NCBI GenBank assembly: GCA_963777315.1
Contig: CAVZQC010000004.1
Location: 288,001-352,000, forward strand
Source: Vulcanimicrobiota bacterium
GTDB taxonomy: Bacteria; Vulcanimicrobiota; Vulcanimicrobiia; Vulcanimicrobiales; Vulcanimicrobiaceae
Length of the DNA: 64,000 bases
Direction of reading: 5' to 3'
This document shows, piece after piece, positions 33,361 through 44,347 of the stretch; within the stretch, counting starts at the first letter, position 1; every line of letters starts with the position of its first letter. Made by a program: the position numbers and the translations under genes. A model generated the notes under the pieces. That model had not been told where the DNA came from. It did not search any database and was given only the letters and a program-made list of their open reading frames with translations.

Positions 33361-34473
33361 CTACGGCGCCATCACGTGCATGTAGTGCGTGTCGAACGCG
33401 CTCAGCAGCCCTTCGGCGTTGGAATACGGTCCGCTGGCGTACGCGCGCGAACTCATCCCGAGCTGGGTCAGCTCGTTGACGCGCCAGTCTTGCCGGTTAG
33501 TGACGTCCCAAAACTCCACGGCGTCAGCGGGATCGAATCCGGGCTGAGCCATCGTGTTTGGCTGGAAGAGCCACGCGCACACGATTTGCGTGCGATCCGC
33601 TGCCACCGGGCGAACGTAATGGACCATGACGTAATCCGGATGCAGACTCAAAAGCATCGAGGGAAAGATCGTGTAGTAGTACACGCGGTGCAAATTATCG
33701 CCGCGTACGCTGCCCACGGGCGGCCGCGTGGTGCTTCCCGTGGTCGTCAAACTGCTGCCGCGTTCGCGCAGTTCCGAATATCCGCCCAAGAACGGTCCTT
33801 CGGAGAGATCGTTGCGGCCGCTGTCGGAAGGCGAGAGCTTGTCGAGCTGGGGGTGCACGAGCGGGCAGTGATAACATTCGGAGTAGTTCAGAAACGCCAG
33901 CTTCCAATTGCAAGCCAAGTCGTAGGCGATCGTGCTTGCAGTGCGAAGCGTCCCGATGTCCCAATCGGCAAAGCGGCCGGCGAGCGGAGCGAACGCCGAT
34001 TCGAACGGTTCGGCGCGCTCGTCCAGATTGAGGAACACGAAGCCTTCGAACGTGGCGACGCGCGCTTGCTTGAGCGGATACTGCGCGCGATCGAAGCCCG
34101 CGACCTCGTGCATGTTTCGCGCGGCGATCAGCGTGCCGTCCAGTCCGTAGGTCCATGCGTGATACGGACATTGGATCGATCCGGTAAAATGACCTGAATC
34201 CTGCGTGCACATGCGAGAGCCGCGGTGGCGGCAGACGTTGTAGAACGCGCGAACGCTTCCGGTTTTATCTTTGGTGACGATCAAACTCTCGCCGGCGACC
34301 TCGGCGAGAAAAAAGTCTCCGCCGTTCGCCAGCTGCTCCAGACGGCCGACGCAGATCCAGTGCGAAGCGAAGATCCGCTGGAATTCCAGCGCAAAGACTT
34401 CGGGCGAAGTGAACCAGCGCGCCGCCGGCGTCATTGCGTTCTCGAGTACTCGCGGCTTAGCGAACGTCTTCAT
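33361..34473 (-). CDS. Rieske non-heme iron oxygenase alpha subunit (GbcA/choline monooxygenase-like)
   Basis: CRHRG...CPYHAWTY Rieske motif; NWK...ECYHCPLVHP mononuclear Fe site. Confidence 0.92.
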   Translation of the reverse strand: MKTFAKPRVLENAMTPAARWFTSPEVFALEFQRIFASHWICVGRLEQLANGGDFFLAEVAGESLIVTKDKTGSVRAFYNVCRHRGSRMCTQDSGHFTGSIQCPYHAWTYGLDGTLIAARNMHEVAGFDRAQYPLKQARVATFEGFVFLNLDERAEPFESAFAPLAGRFADWDIGTLRTASTIAYDLACNWKLAFLNYSECYHCPLVHPQLDKLSPSDSGRNDLSEGPFLGGYSELRERGSSLTTTGSTTRPPVGSVRGDNLHRVYYYTIFPSMLLSLHPDYVMVHYVRPVAADRTQIVCAWLFQPNTMAQPGFDPADAVEFWDVTNRQDWRVNELTQLGMSSRAYASGPYSNAEGLLSAFDTHYMHVMAP

Positions 34474-34626
34474 GCCTGTCCCCTACTTTTGTCGCAACGC
34501 CCGAGGATTCGCTCGCAGGCCGCGCGAACCTTCACGGCTACCCTTCCTTTATTCGGGCATTGACTCATACGATCGGTGGTTCGTCGGTGATGCAGCCAAT
34601 TCGGCCGAAAGATACGGGGTTTGCCG

Positions 34627-35712
34627 ATGGAATTGCAGCGTTCTCTGCCGAAAGATGCCTACCTGACGGCTGCATTCTATGAGCGTGAGTGCCGTTCGAT
34701 ATTCCGCGACCAATGGGTCTGCGCCGGTCGAGCGCAACAGTGGCGCGATCCCGGAGCGTACCGCGTCCTCGATATAGCCGGCGAAAGCGTGGTGATCGTG
34801 CGCGGGCGCGAAGGCGGTTTGCACGCGCACCTAAACCTCTGCCGTCATCGCGGCAGCCGTCTGCTGTGCGGAGACGGCACGTTGCGCGGCGCCATTCGGT
34901 GTCCGTATCACGGTTGGACGTATGCGGCCGACGGCGAACTGATCGCTGCGCCGTTCGTGCCGTTCGACGCCATTCCCGAAGATGCAAAGCGATTGCACGC
35001 CGTGGCGGTCGACCAATGGGGCGGCTTCGTGTTCGTGCATCTGACGCCGGCGCACGCGCAAACCGCCCCGCTTTTGGCCCAGCTGGGCGCGGTGCCCGAA
35101 CGCTTGGAGCGCTATCCGCTCGCCCATTTGGCGATCGGCAAAACGATCGAGTACGACGTCCGCGCGAATTGGAAAGTTCTGCTGGAGAACTACAACGAGT
35201 GCTACCATTGCGCGGGCGTGCATCCCGAACTCTGCCGGATCGTGCCCGCGTTCAAGCAGCGCGGAGGTGCCGATCTCGATTGGGAGCACGGCATTCCTCA
35301 CCGTGCCGGCGCGTACACGTTTTCCTTCTCCGGAACGACTGCGCGATGTGCGTTCGCCGCCCTCGATGAAAACGAGCGCGTTCGCCACAACGGCGAACTG
35401 ATCTATCCGAACTTGCTGTTGAGCTTGAGCGCCGACCACGTCGCCGCGTTCCGTCTTTTTCCGGACGGTCCGCACCGCACCGTGGTGCTGTGCGACTTTC
35501 TTTTCCATCCCCAAGAGATGGCCAAGGCCGGCTTCGATCCGTCCGACGCCGTCGAATTCTGGGACGTGGTGAATCGCCAAGACTGGCACGTCTGCGAAGG
35601 GGTTCAAGACGGAATGACCAGCAGCGCTTTCCAGTTCGGTTACTATGCGCCCATGGAAGACGCGAGTTTGGACATTCGGCGTTACATTGCCGCTCGGGTC
35701 GGTGAGGTATGA
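34627..35712 (+). CDS. Rieske non-heme iron oxygenase alpha subunit (second paralogue)
   Basis: CRHRG...CPYHGWTY; NWKVLLENYNECYHCAGVHP. Confidence 0.92.
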   Translation: MELQRSLPKDAYLTAAFYERECRSIFRDQWVCAGRAQQWRDPGAYRVLDIAGESVVIVRGREGGLHAHLNLCRHRGSRLLCGDGTLRGAIRCPYHGWTYAADGELIAAPFVPFDAIPEDAKRLHAVAVDQWGGFVFVHLTPAHAQTAPLLAQLGAVPERLERYPLAHLAIGKTIEYDVRANWKVLLENYNECYHCAGVHPELCRIVPAFKQRGGADLDWEHGIPHRAGAYTFSFSGTTARCAFAALDENERVRHNGELIYPNLLLSLSADHVAAFRLFPDGPHRTVVLCDFLFHPQEMAKAGFDPSDAVEFWDVVNRQDWHVCEGVQDGMTSSAFQFGYYAPMEDASLDIRRYIAARVGEV

Positions 35713-36872
35713 TCCGCTCGTTCGACGTCGTCGTGCTTGGACTGGGCGCGTTGGGCAGCGGCGCTGCGTACTGGCTGGCACGCGCAGGCGCGGACGTCTT
35801 GGGATTGGAGCAATTCGATCTGGGACACGCACGCGGAGAATCGCACGATCACTCGCGGATCATCCGGCTCTCGTATCATGCGCCCCATTACGTGCGTCTG
35901 GCCAAGGAGGCCTATCAAGCCTGGGCGGCGGTAGAAGAGCACGCGCAAGCGCAGCTGGTTTTCACCACGGGCGGATTGGATTTGGGTCCGCGAACGGGTG
36001 CGATTCCGCTGCAAGGCTACGCGAACGCCATGCAGGCGTGCGGGGTGCCGTTCGACTACCTGGATGCGCCCGACATTCGCCGGCAGTTTCCGCAGTTCCA
36101 AGTCGGTGACGACGTCCATGGCCTGTTTCAAGCCGATGCCGGAATCCTTGCCGCCGAACGCGCGTCGCACGAACATCGGCGACTTGCGCGCGAACTGGGC
36201 GCTACGCTGCGCTCGAACGCGCGAGTGCACTCGCTGCGAAACCGCGGATCGCAGATCGATATCGAGACGCAGGACGAACGGTTTACCGCAGGCGCTGCCG
36301 TGATCGCAGCCGGTCCCTGGACCAACGCAGCGCTCGCGCATTTCGAGCTCGCGCTGCCGCTGGAAATCACGAAGGAACAGCCGATGTATTTCCGAGCCGC
36401 GGATCTGCGGCCGTTTGCACCCGAACGGTTTCCCGTGTGGATTTGGATGGACGATCCATCCTTCTACGGGTTGCCCGTCTTCGGCGAACCCGCCGTAAAA
36501 GTGACCCAAGACGCCGGCGGGAAGCCGGTCGATCCCGACACGCGGGATTTCGAGCCCGATCCCGGCATTTCAGCGCGGGTTCGCTCGTTTCTGCGCTCGC
36601 ATCTGCCGTCGGCGCTGGGGCCCGAACATGTAGTCAAAACCTGCTTGTATACGCTCACGCCGGACCGCGACTTCATCGTCGGCACGCTTGTCGAGCAGCC
36701 CAACGTGCACGTCGCCGTAGGCGCGGGCCATGCGTTCAAGTTTGCCTCGGTCATCGGGCGCATTTTGAGCGATCTCGCGCTTACCGGCGCGACCCGGAGC
36801 GACATCGGCGCGTTCGCGATCGACCGGCCGATTTTACGCCTGCAATCGCCGCCAAAAACCTACATGGTATAG
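35709..36872 (+). CDS. solA: Monomeric sarcosine oxidase / N-methyl-L-tryptophan oxidase family
   Basis: GLGALG, GESHDHSRIIR, TCLYTLTPDRDF, GHAFKFA. Confidence 0.85.
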   Translation: MIRSFDVVVLGLGALGSGAAYWLARAGADVLGLEQFDLGHARGESHDHSRIIRLSYHAPHYVRLAKEAYQAWAAVEEHAQAQLVFTTGGLDLGPRTGAIPLQGYANAMQACGVPFDYLDAPDIRRQFPQFQVGDDVHGLFQADAGILAAERASHEHRRLARELGATLRSNARVHSLRNRGSQIDIETQDERFTAGAAVIAAGPWTNAALAHFELALPLEITKEQPMYFRAADLRPFAPERFPVWIWMDDPSFYGLPVFGEPAVKVTQDAGGKPVDPDTRDFEPDPGISARVRSFLRSHLPSALGPEHVVKTCLYTLTPDRDFIVGTLVEQPNVHVAVGAGHAFKFASVIGRILSDLALTGATRSDIGAFAIDRPILRLQSPPKTYMV

Positions 36873-36873
36873 C

Positions 36874-38226
36874 GTGGTCGGACTTCGGCGAAGTCTAGGA
36901 CTGCTCGACGTCGTCCTTTTCTTTCTCATTGCGTGCACCAACTTGCAATGGGTTGCAACCGCGGCGGCGGCAGGACCGGGTGCGCTGCCGGTGTGGCTTA
37001 TCGGCTGCGTTGCGATGTTCGTTCCGATTTCCGTGGTTGTCATGCATCTATCCGCGCGCTATCCGGACGAAGGCGGGCTCTACGTTTGGAGCAAACGCGC
37101 ATTCGGACCGTTCGGCGGTTTCATCACCGGGTGGACGTACTGGTGCAGCAATTTACCGTACTTTCCGGCGCTGCTGTATTTCACCGCCGGCAATGCGCTG
37201 TTCATCGGCGGTGCGGGTGCGGCGCATTTAGCCGGTTCGCCGTGGTACTTCATCGGCGTTTCGCTCGCAGGCTTTGCGCTGGCCACGTTGGTCAACGTCG
37301 TCGGTTTGGACGTGGGCAAATGGCTCAACAACGCGGGCGCCGTCAGCCGATGGATCGTAACGATCATGCTGATCGCGCTGGGCGCGACGGCGTGGTGGAA
37401 GTTCGGTTCGGCAACCCCGCTGACGGCTGCGTCGATGCGTCCCAGCTTGCAACTCAAGGATCTGATCTTTTGGTCGGTGATCGCATTTGCTTGGACGGGA
37501 CCCGAAGCCGTGCCGTTCATGTCGGGCGAGATCAAGAACCCGCGCCGGACGATTCCGCGCGGCTTAGCCATTGCCGCGCCGGCGATTGCGGCAGTCTACA
37601 TCTTGGGAACGGCCGGCGTTCTTGCGGCGCTCGCACCGGGTCGCGTGAGCGGTTTGTACGGCGTGATGCAGGCCATCGGCAGCGTATCGGCGCGCATGAG
37701 CTGGAGCGCGCTGACGCCGGCGGCGGCAGTGCTCGTGACGATCAGCTGCCTGGGTAGCGTCGGGTTATGGCTGGCGGCGGTGGCTCGCATTCCGTTCGTC
37801 GCCGGCATCGATCGCTATTTGCCGCCTGCGTTCGGACGAGTCCATCCGCGTTGGGGTTCGCCCATCGTTGCGATCCTCACGCAAGCCGGCATTTCGGCGG
37901 TGTTCATCGTTGCGGGTCAGGGAGGCACCTCGGTAAAGGGCGCTTACGACATACTGGTCAGTTCGACGGTGCTGATCACGATGATTCCATTCGTGTTCCT
38001 TTTTGCGTCGGCGATCAAGCTGCGAGGCACGGCGATAGTGATCTTCGTTGCGTCGATCGGCATCCTCACGACGCTGGGCGCGATCGTGCTCGCGATCGTC
38101 CCCAGCCCGGATGAACCGAACAAGCCGCTGGCGGTGGCGAAGGTTTTGGGATTGACTGCAGTAATGCTCGGCTGCGGAGCCGTCGTCTATTTTCGAAAAC
38201 GGGAGAAACATGCAATCCACGTATGA
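36874..38226 (+). CDS. APC family amino acid permease
   Basis: YPDEGGLYVW...FGPFGGF, GEIKNPRRTIP; about 12 TM segments. Confidence 0.9.
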   Translation: MVGLRRSLGLLDVVLFFLIACTNLQWVATAAAAGPGALPVWLIGCVAMFVPISVVVMHLSARYPDEGGLYVWSKRAFGPFGGFITGWTYWCSNLPYFPALLYFTAGNALFIGGAGAAHLAGSPWYFIGVSLAGFALATLVNVVGLDVGKWLNNAGAVSRWIVTIMLIALGATAWWKFGSATPLTAASMRPSLQLKDLIFWSVIAFAWTGPEAVPFMSGEIKNPRRTIPRGLAIAAPAIAAVYILGTAGVLAALAPGRVSGLYGVMQAIGSVSARMSWSALTPAAAVLVTISCLGSVGLWLAAVARIPFVAGIDRYLPPAFGRVHPRWGSPIVAILTQAGISAVFIVAGQGGTSVKGAYDILVSSTVLITMIPFVFLFASAIKLRGTAIVIFVASIGILTTLGAIVLAIVPSPDEPNKPLAVAKVLGLTAVMLGCGAVVYFRKREKHAIHV

Positions 38227-39808
38227 CGCCATCATCATCGGTGCGGGCCACAACGGTTTGGTCGCCGCGTGCTATTTGGCGCGCGCTAAGTGGAAGGTGC
38301 TCGTCCTCGAGCGCCGGTACATCGTGGGAGGAGCATGCGTCACCGAAGAGCGCACGTTTCCCGGTTTCAAAGTTTCGACGGCTGCTTACGTGAACAGTTT
38401 GTTTCGGCCGGAGATCGTGCGCGATCTGCACCTGGCGGACTATGGATTCGAACTGATCGAACGCAATCCGGCGTCATTTTCTCCGTTTCCCGACGGGCGC
38501 TACCTCATGCTGGGCAGCTCGAGCTCGCAAGACGTCGCGGAGATTTCAAAGTTCAGCGGGAAAGACGCGGCAAACTATCCCCGGTACGAGCAAATGCTCC
38601 AGCGGGTGGCTTCGGTGATCGAGCCGACGCTCACGAAACGCCCGCCGAATCTGCTGCGCCCCTCGCTCACCGATCTGTTGCAGATGGGCATGCTCGGTTT
38701 GGACCTGAAAAAGCTCGGACCCGCTATGAGCGAGGCCGTCGAGGTGCTCACCGGGGCAGCGCGACCCATTTTGGACCGCTGGTTCGAATCCGAACAGTTA
38801 AAGGCCACGCTCGGCACGGACGCCATCATCGGCGCCTTCGCATCGCCCTCGATGCCCGGCACCGCGTACGTTCTCTTTCATCACGTCATGGGTGAAACCA
38901 ACGGCAAGCGCGGCGTGTGGGCGTACGTCAAGGGCGGCATGGGCGGTCTGACGCAGGCGTTGGCCCGCGCGGCCGCAGATCTGGGCGTGGACGTCCGCAC
39001 CGACGCGCACGTGTCCAAAATTCTGACCAAGGACGGCGCGGTGAGCGGCGTCTGCCTTTCGAACGGCGACGAATTTTCCGCTGCGGCGGTTGCGAGCAAC
39101 GCCGATTGCAACGTTACGTTCAATCAACTCCTCGACGGCGAGCGCTCCGTTTTGCCCGCCGGTTTCATGGACGCGATCGATCGCATCAGTTACGACAGCG
39201 CTTCGGCGAAGATCAACGTCGCGCTGGAGCGCCTACCGAGTTTTACGGCACTGCCCGGCCACGAACCGGGCCCGCAGCATCGCGGCACCGTTCACCTATG
39301 CCCGGATCAGGATTTCATCGAGCGCGCGTACGACCAAGCCAAGTACGGATACGCGTCCGATGAGCCGATCGTGGAGTGCACGATGCCCTCGGCGCTGGAC
39401 GCTTCCGTCGCACCGCCCGGCAAGCACCTCATGTCGATGTTCGTGCAATACGCCCCGTACAAACTCAAAGATCGCCCGTGGGACGATGCCGCCAAAGGAG
39501 CGTTCGCGGACCGCTGTTTCGACATCGTCGAGCGATACGCACCGGGATTCAGCAGCTCGGTCATCGATCGCCAAATTCTCACGCCGGCGGACTTGGAGGC
39601 GACGTTCAATCTTACCGGCGGCAACATCTTTCAAGGCGCGATGAATTTGGACAAGCTCTTCATGTTCCGGCCGGCGCCGGGTTACGCCGGCTACAAAATG
39701 CCGCTCGAGGGCCTCTATCTGTGCGGTTCGGCGGCGCATCCGGGTGGCGGCGTCATGGGCGCTCCCGGGTGGAATGCAGCGCGAGAGATGATCCGCAACG
39801 CCCGCTAG
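38210..39808 (+). CDS. FAD-dependent oxidoreductase, phytoene-desaturase-like (PYROXD2-type)
   Basis: GAGHNGLVAA, GGACVTEE, GGNIFQGAM, LYLCGSAAHPGGGVMG. Confidence 0.88.
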   Translation: MQSTYDAIIIGAGHNGLVAACYLARAKWKVLVLERRYIVGGACVTEERTFPGFKVSTAAYVNSLFRPEIVRDLHLADYGFELIERNPASFSPFPDGRYLMLGSSSSQDVAEISKFSGKDAANYPRYEQMLQRVASVIEPTLTKRPPNLLRPSLTDLLQMGMLGLDLKKLGPAMSEAVEVLTGAARPILDRWFESEQLKATLGTDAIIGAFASPSMPGTAYVLFHHVMGETNGKRGVWAYVKGGMGGLTQALARAAADLGVDVRTDAHVSKILTKDGAVSGVCLSNGDEFSAAAVASNADCNVTFNQLLDGERSVLPAGFMDAIDRISYDSASAKINVALERLPSFTALPGHEPGPQHRGTVHLCPDQDFIERAYDQAKYGYASDEPIVECTMPSALDASVAPPGKHLMSMFVQYAPYKLKDRPWDDAAKGAFADRCFDIVERYAPGFSSSVIDRQILTPADLEATFNLTGGNIFQGAMNLDKLFMFRPAPGYAGYKMPLEGLYLCGSAAHPGGGVMGAPGWNAAREMIRNAR

Positions 39809-40179
39809 AGGGATTTATGCTGATGAAGACCGACCTTGTTGCCTTCGGGGTCGTCGAACGAGGCGACACGGCATCCGGGATGATCGGCCGCTTTTTCGTC
39901 CGCGCTGCTCGCGCGTTCGCGGACTCGATCGAGCGCTGCATCGATATCGTCGACTTCGAACACGACGCCGCTGCCCGAGCCCGCGGGTCTTCCCAAAAAT
40001 TCTTCGGGCAGGATCGTGAACCAATGATCGTTGCCCAGGTCGAATTCGACGAATTGCGCCCGGTCTTCGCTGGGATGCGCCCGGTCGACGCGCAGACCTA
40101 ATACGTCTCGGTAAAAGGCGAGCAGATTCGCGACGTTTTTGCCGGGATACGCGGTCCATGCGATGGACTTTACCTGCAT
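39805..40179 (-). CDS. VOC/glyoxalase family protein
   Basis: AFYRDVLGL, VVFEVDDID, FDDPEGNKVGLHQ; GGAG RBS. Confidence 0.88.
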   Translation of the reverse strand: MQVKSIAWTAYPGKNVANLLAFYRDVLGLRVDRAHPSEDRAQFVEFDLGNDHWFTILPEEFLGRPAGSGSGVVFEVDDIDAALDRVRERASSADEKAADHPGCRVASFDDPEGNKVGLHQHKSL

Positions 40180-40294
40180 AGAGTCTCCGTTTGTTGGCTG
40201 ATGCTGTGGCGGAAAACGCTTGGCCGCAGGCGCTGCGATGGCCTTCAGGAGGCGCCGTGACGGAGATCGGCACTGCCTGCCGTACACCCGGCCC

Positions 40295-40957
40295 ATGGCT
40301 TCCAGATCGCGCTTCCTGCCCGAAGAGATTCAGCAGTACATGATCGCCACGACGCTGCGCGACAGCGGCGTGCTTTCCGATCTGCGGGAAGAGACCGCAA
40401 AGATGCCTCACGCCGGAATGCAGACCGGCGCTGACCAAGTGCAATTTCTGCAGCTGCTCGTGCGCCTCATCGACGCGCGCCGGTGCATCGAGGTCGGCGT
40501 GTTTACCGGATACAGCGCCCTCGGTGTGGCCTTGGCGCTCCCGCAGGACGGCCGCATCGTCGCTTGCGACGTGAGCGAGGAGTACACGTCGGTAGGGCGG
40601 CGGTATTGGCAGCGCGCCGGCGTGGCGGAGAAAATCGATCTACGGCTCGCGCCTGCAGCGCAAACGCTGGAAGGGCTGGTTGCGCAGGGCGAGAGCGGAC
40701 GATACGATTTTGCGTACATCGATGCCGACAAGTCCGGCTACGACGTCTACTACGAGCATTGCCTTGCGTTGGTTCGCAGCAACGGGCTGATTGCGATCGA
40801 CAACGTGCTGTGGGGAGGCGATGTGGCGGATCCGGCAATCGACGACGAGGATACGTCGGCGCTGCGCCGGCTCAACGCTAAGATCGGCCGCGACGAACGC
40901 GTCGACGCGACGCTGCTGCCGCTGGGCGACGGACTCATGGTGGTTCGCAAACGCTGA
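40295..40957 (+). CDS. Class I SAM-dependent O-methyltransferase (CCoAOMT family)
   Basis: IEVGVFTGYS, YDFAYIDADK, IDNVLWGG. Confidence 0.92.
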   Translation: MASRSRFLPEEIQQYMIATTLRDSGVLSDLREETAKMPHAGMQTGADQVQFLQLLVRLIDARRCIEVGVFTGYSALGVALALPQDGRIVACDVSEEYTSVGRRYWQRAGVAEKIDLRLAPAAQTLEGLVAQGESGRYDFAYIDADKSGYDVYYEHCLALVRSNGLIAIDNVLWGGDVADPAIDDEDTSALRRLNAKIGRDERVDATLLPLGDGLMVVRKR

Positions 40958-40963
40958 TTGCAC

Positions 40964-41731
40964 GTGAAAGTCGTCACGCTGAATTGTAACGGTATCCGCT
41001 CTGCAGCCCGCAAGGGGTTTTACGAGTGGATGCAGGCGCAGGACGCAGACTTCGTGTGCCTGCAGGAAACCAAAGCGCAGGAACATCAGCTTCCGCTCGA
41101 AGCGGCCGCGGTAGCGCACTACACCGGCATATTTCTGGACGCCGAGAAAAAGGGATACAGCGGCGTGGCGATTTACGCCAAGCGCGCGCCGGACTCGGTC
41201 GTTCGCGGTTTCGGCTGGCCCGAATACGATCGCGAAGCGCGTTGGCTGCAATTCGACTACGGCAGCCTGAGCATTGTATCGCTTTACGTCCCCTCGGGTG
41301 CGATGGGGCCGCCGCGGCAGGTCGTCAAAGAGGCGTTTTTGGAGCGTTTCCGTACGCGCCTCGCGCAGTTGCGGCAAGACGGCCGTTCGTACCTCATCGC
41401 CGGCGACTTCAACATCGCCCACCAGGAGATCGACGTCTACAACCCTGTCCGCTGCGCGCACATCTCGGGATTCTTCCCGCACGAGCGAGCGTGGTTGGAC
41501 GGCGTGATCTCGCAGCTCGGTTGGGTCGATGCGTACCGCGCGGTCAACACGCAGCCAAAACAGTTCAGCTGGTGGTCGAACTTTCAGAACGCGTTCGAGC
41601 GCAACAACGGCTGGCGCATTGATTACAATCTCATCACCCCCGACTTGCGCCAGAAGGTGCGTTCGGCCAGCATCTATCGGGAGCGGCGCTTCTCGGACCA
41701 CGCTCCGGTGACGATCGAATACGATATGTAG
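40964..41731 (+). CDS. xth: Exodeoxyribonuclease III
   Basis: NCNGIRS, CLQETK, GYSGVA, GDFNIAH, GWRIDY, SDHAP. Confidence 0.95.
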   Translation: MKVVTLNCNGIRSAARKGFYEWMQAQDADFVCLQETKAQEHQLPLEAAAVAHYTGIFLDAEKKGYSGVAIYAKRAPDSVVRGFGWPEYDREARWLQFDYGSLSIVSLYVPSGAMGPPRQVVKEAFLERFRTRLAQLRQDGRSYLIAGDFNIAHQEIDVYNPVRCAHISGFFPHERAWLDGVISQLGWVDAYRAVNTQPKQFSWWSNFQNAFERNNGWRIDYNLITPDLRQKVRSASIYRERRFSDHAPVTIEYDM

Positions 41732-41763
41732 GCGCAGTCGCCGGCCGGGGCCAATAGGTCGGT

Positions 41764-44031
41764 GTGGACATCGTTTGCATCGGCGGCGGACCGGCCGGGC
41801 TGTATTTCGGTCTTTTGATGAAAAAGGCGGACCCGCGCCACCGCGTTCGGGTGATCGAACGCAATCGACCTTACGACACGTTTGGATGGGGCGTCGTGTT
41901 TTCGGACGCGACCTTGGAGAATCTTCGCCAAGCCGACGACGTCACCCACGATAAAATCGTCTCCAGCTTCGCGCACTGGGACGACATCGAAATCCATTTC
42001 AAAGGCAGCGTCATGCGTTCGGGAGGGCACGGCTTTTCCGGTATCGCGCGCAAGCGCCTGTTGAACGTGCTGCAGCAGCGCGCTCAAGACCTCGGCGTCG
42101 AGCTGGTGTTCGAGTGTGAAGCGACGGGCCTTTCCGCGTATCGCGATGCCGACCTGATCGTCGCTTCGGACGGAATCAACAGCCGGATCCGCTCGGCGCT
42201 TTCCGATCGATTCCAACCTAATCTCGATACGCGTAAATGCCGCTTCGTGTGGCTGGGCACGACGCTGCCGCTGGATGCATTCACGTTCATTTTCGAGCAG
42301 ACCGAGCACGGCTGGTTTACCGTCCACGCGTATCGGTTCGACGATCGCACCAGCACGTGGATCGTCGAATGCCGTGAGGAGACGTGGCTCGCGCACGGAC
42401 TCGACGGCGCCGATACGCAAGCGACGCTGGCTTTCTGCCAAAAGATGTTCGGGCCGTATCTGCACGGGCACGACCTCATGGCCAATACGGGGCATCTGCG
42501 CGGACGCGACTGGGTCAATTTCACGCGCGTGAGCAACGCGAACTGGACCTGCGGCAACGTGGTCTTGCTGGGCGACGCGGCCCATTCGGCTCATTTCTCG
42601 GTGGGGTCGGGGACCAAGCTGGCGATGGAGGACGCCGTGGCCTTGCAAAGGGCGCTGTGCGACGAACCCTCGCTCGCGGGAGCTCTGGCCCGCTACGAGA
42701 GCGAGCGGCGCATCGAGGTGCTGCGCCTTCAGAACGCGGCCCGCAACAGCACGGAGTGGTTCGAAAACGTCGCGCGGTACGCGGCTTTGCCGCCCGAACA
42801 GTTCGCGTACAGCCTGCTGACCCGCAGCCAGCGCATCAGTCACGAGAACCTGCGCTTGCGCGATAGAGGCTATGTCGAGCGAATCGAACGTTGGCTCGCG
42901 CGGGGGTCCAAACCGGTCCCGCCGATGTTTACGCCGTTTCGTTTGCGCAGCCTCGAATTGCGCAACCGCGTTGTCGTTTCGCCCATGGATATGTACAGCG
43001 CGGTCGACGGTATGCCTAACGAGTTTCATCTGGTTCACCTGGGCAGCCGCGCGCTTGGCGGGGCGGCTCTGGTCTATACCGAGATGGCGTGCGTGAGCGC
43101 GCAAGGGCGCATTACGCCGGGCTGCACCGGCATGTACGAGCCCGGGCACGTTGAGGGCTGGAAACGCGTCGTCGATTTCGTGCACCGCTGGACGCAAGCC
43201 AAGATTTGCCTGCAGCTTGGGCACAGCGGTCCCAAAGGCTCGACCAAACTGATGTGGGAGGGGATGGACGAACCGCTGGCCGCCGGCAACTGGCAGGTCA
43301 TCGGACCGTCCTCCTTGCCGTACGGTCCCGATAATCAGCTGCCCGCCGAAATGGCGCACGCCGACATGGAGCGCGTGCGCGAGGAGTTCGCCCGCGCGAC
43401 CCGCATGGCCGTGGAGTCGGGATTCGATATGCTCGAACTGCACTGCGCGCACGGCTATCTGCTCTCGAGCTTCATCACGCCACTGCAAAACAAGCGTACC
43501 GATGAATACGGCGGCCCGCTTGCGAACCGGCTGCGCTATCCGCTGGAGATTTTCGAGACCATGCGCGCGATCTGGCCCGCGCAGCGGCCGATGTCCGTTC
43601 GCATATCGGCAACGGATTGGGTGCCGGGGGGCATCACTGCAGAAGACGCCGTGGAAATCGCGCGCGCTTTTCAACAAGCAGGTGTCGATCTGATCGACGT
43701 TTCCAGCGGGCAGACTTCACGCGACGCCCAGCCGGTGTACGGCCGGATGTACCAAACGCCGTACGCCGATCGCATTCGCAACGAGATCGGCATCGCGACC
43801 ATGGCCGTCGGAAACATCTACGAGCCGGATCACGTCAACAGCATCGTTGCGGCCGGCCGCGCCGATCTGTGCGCACTGGCGCGTCCCCATCTTTCGGACC
43901 CGCAGTGGACGCTGCACGCGGCAGCGCAGCTGGGTTATGCGGACATGGAGTGGCCGGTGCAGTATCTTCCGGGTAAAGCGCAGCTCGAACGCAATTTGGC
44001 GCGCGCGGTACAAGTGAGCGAGCACGTATGA
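41764..44031 (+). CDS. abmA: Bifunctional 2-aminobenzoyl-CoA/salicylyl-CoA monooxygenase-reductase
   Basis: [54 protein letters not shown], fused to an OYE-like domain ([17 protein letters not shown]). Confidence 0.9.
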   Translation: MDIVCIGGGPAGLYFGLLMKKADPRHRVRVIERNRPYDTFGWGVVFSDATLENLRQADDVTHDKIVSSFAHWDDIEIHFKGSVMRSGGHGFSGIARKRLLNVLQQRAQDLGVELVFECEATGLSAYRDADLIVASDGINSRIRSALSDRFQPNLDTRKCRFVWLGTTLPLDAFTFIFEQTEHGWFTVHAYRFDDRTSTWIVECREETWLAHGLDGADTQATLAFCQKMFGPYLHGHDLMANTGHLRGRDWVNFTRVSNANWTCGNVVLLGDAAHSAHFSVGSGTKLAMEDAVALQRALCDEPSLAGALARYESERRIEVLRLQNAARNSTEWFENVARYAALPPEQFAYSLLTRSQRISHENLRLRDRGYVERIERWLARGSKPVPPMFTPFRLRSLELRNRVVVSPMDMYSAVDGMPNEFHLVHLGSRALGGAALVYTEMACVSAQGRITPGCTGMYEPGHVEGWKRVVDFVHRWTQAKICLQLGHSGPKGSTKLMWEGMDEPLAAGNWQVIGPSSLPYGPDNQLPAEMAHADMERVREEFARATRMAVESGFDMLELHCAHGYLLSSFITPLQNKRTDEYGGPLANRLRYPLEIFETMRAIWPAQRPMSVRISATDWVPGGITAEDAVEIARAFQQAGVDLIDVSSGQTSRDAQPVYGRMYQTPYADRIRNEIGIATMAVGNIYEPDHVNSIVAAGRADLCALARPHLSDPQWTLHAAAQLGYADMEWPVQYLPGKAQLERNLARAVQVSEHV

Positions 44032-44050
44032 TCGATGCGAAAACGATGAG

Positions 44051-44347
44051 GTGGTCGTGAAACCGTTCCTATTGAAATTGTTTGCGCCCCGGCCCACGTT
44101 CCATCTCGACATGACAGAAGAAGAACGCGCCGTACTGCAGCGCCACTCTGGATATTGGCGCGATTTGCTGGAAAAAGGTACGGCGGTCGCGTTCGGTCCG
44201 GTGCTTCAAAGCAGCGGCTCCTGGGGCGTTGCGCTGCTCTATGCGCAAGATCAACAGGCTGCCGACGCGATTGCGGCGCAGGATCCCGCATCGATTGCCG
44301 GCATGCACATCGAAGTGTATCCGATGGGTGCGCTGGTGCATAAGTGA
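44051..44347 (+). CDS. YciI family protein
   Basis: PRPTF...HSGYW...FGPV...DP. Confidence 0.8.
   Translation: MVVKPFLLKLFAPRPTFHLDMTEEERAVLQRHSGYWRDLLEKGTAVAFGPVLQSSGSWGVALLYAQDQQAADAIAAQDPASIAGMHIEVYPMGALVHK

Noticed and set aside
38210..39808. Carotenoid desaturase crtI
   Set aside because: No crtB/crtE nearby; motifs and context fit the PYROXD2-like group.
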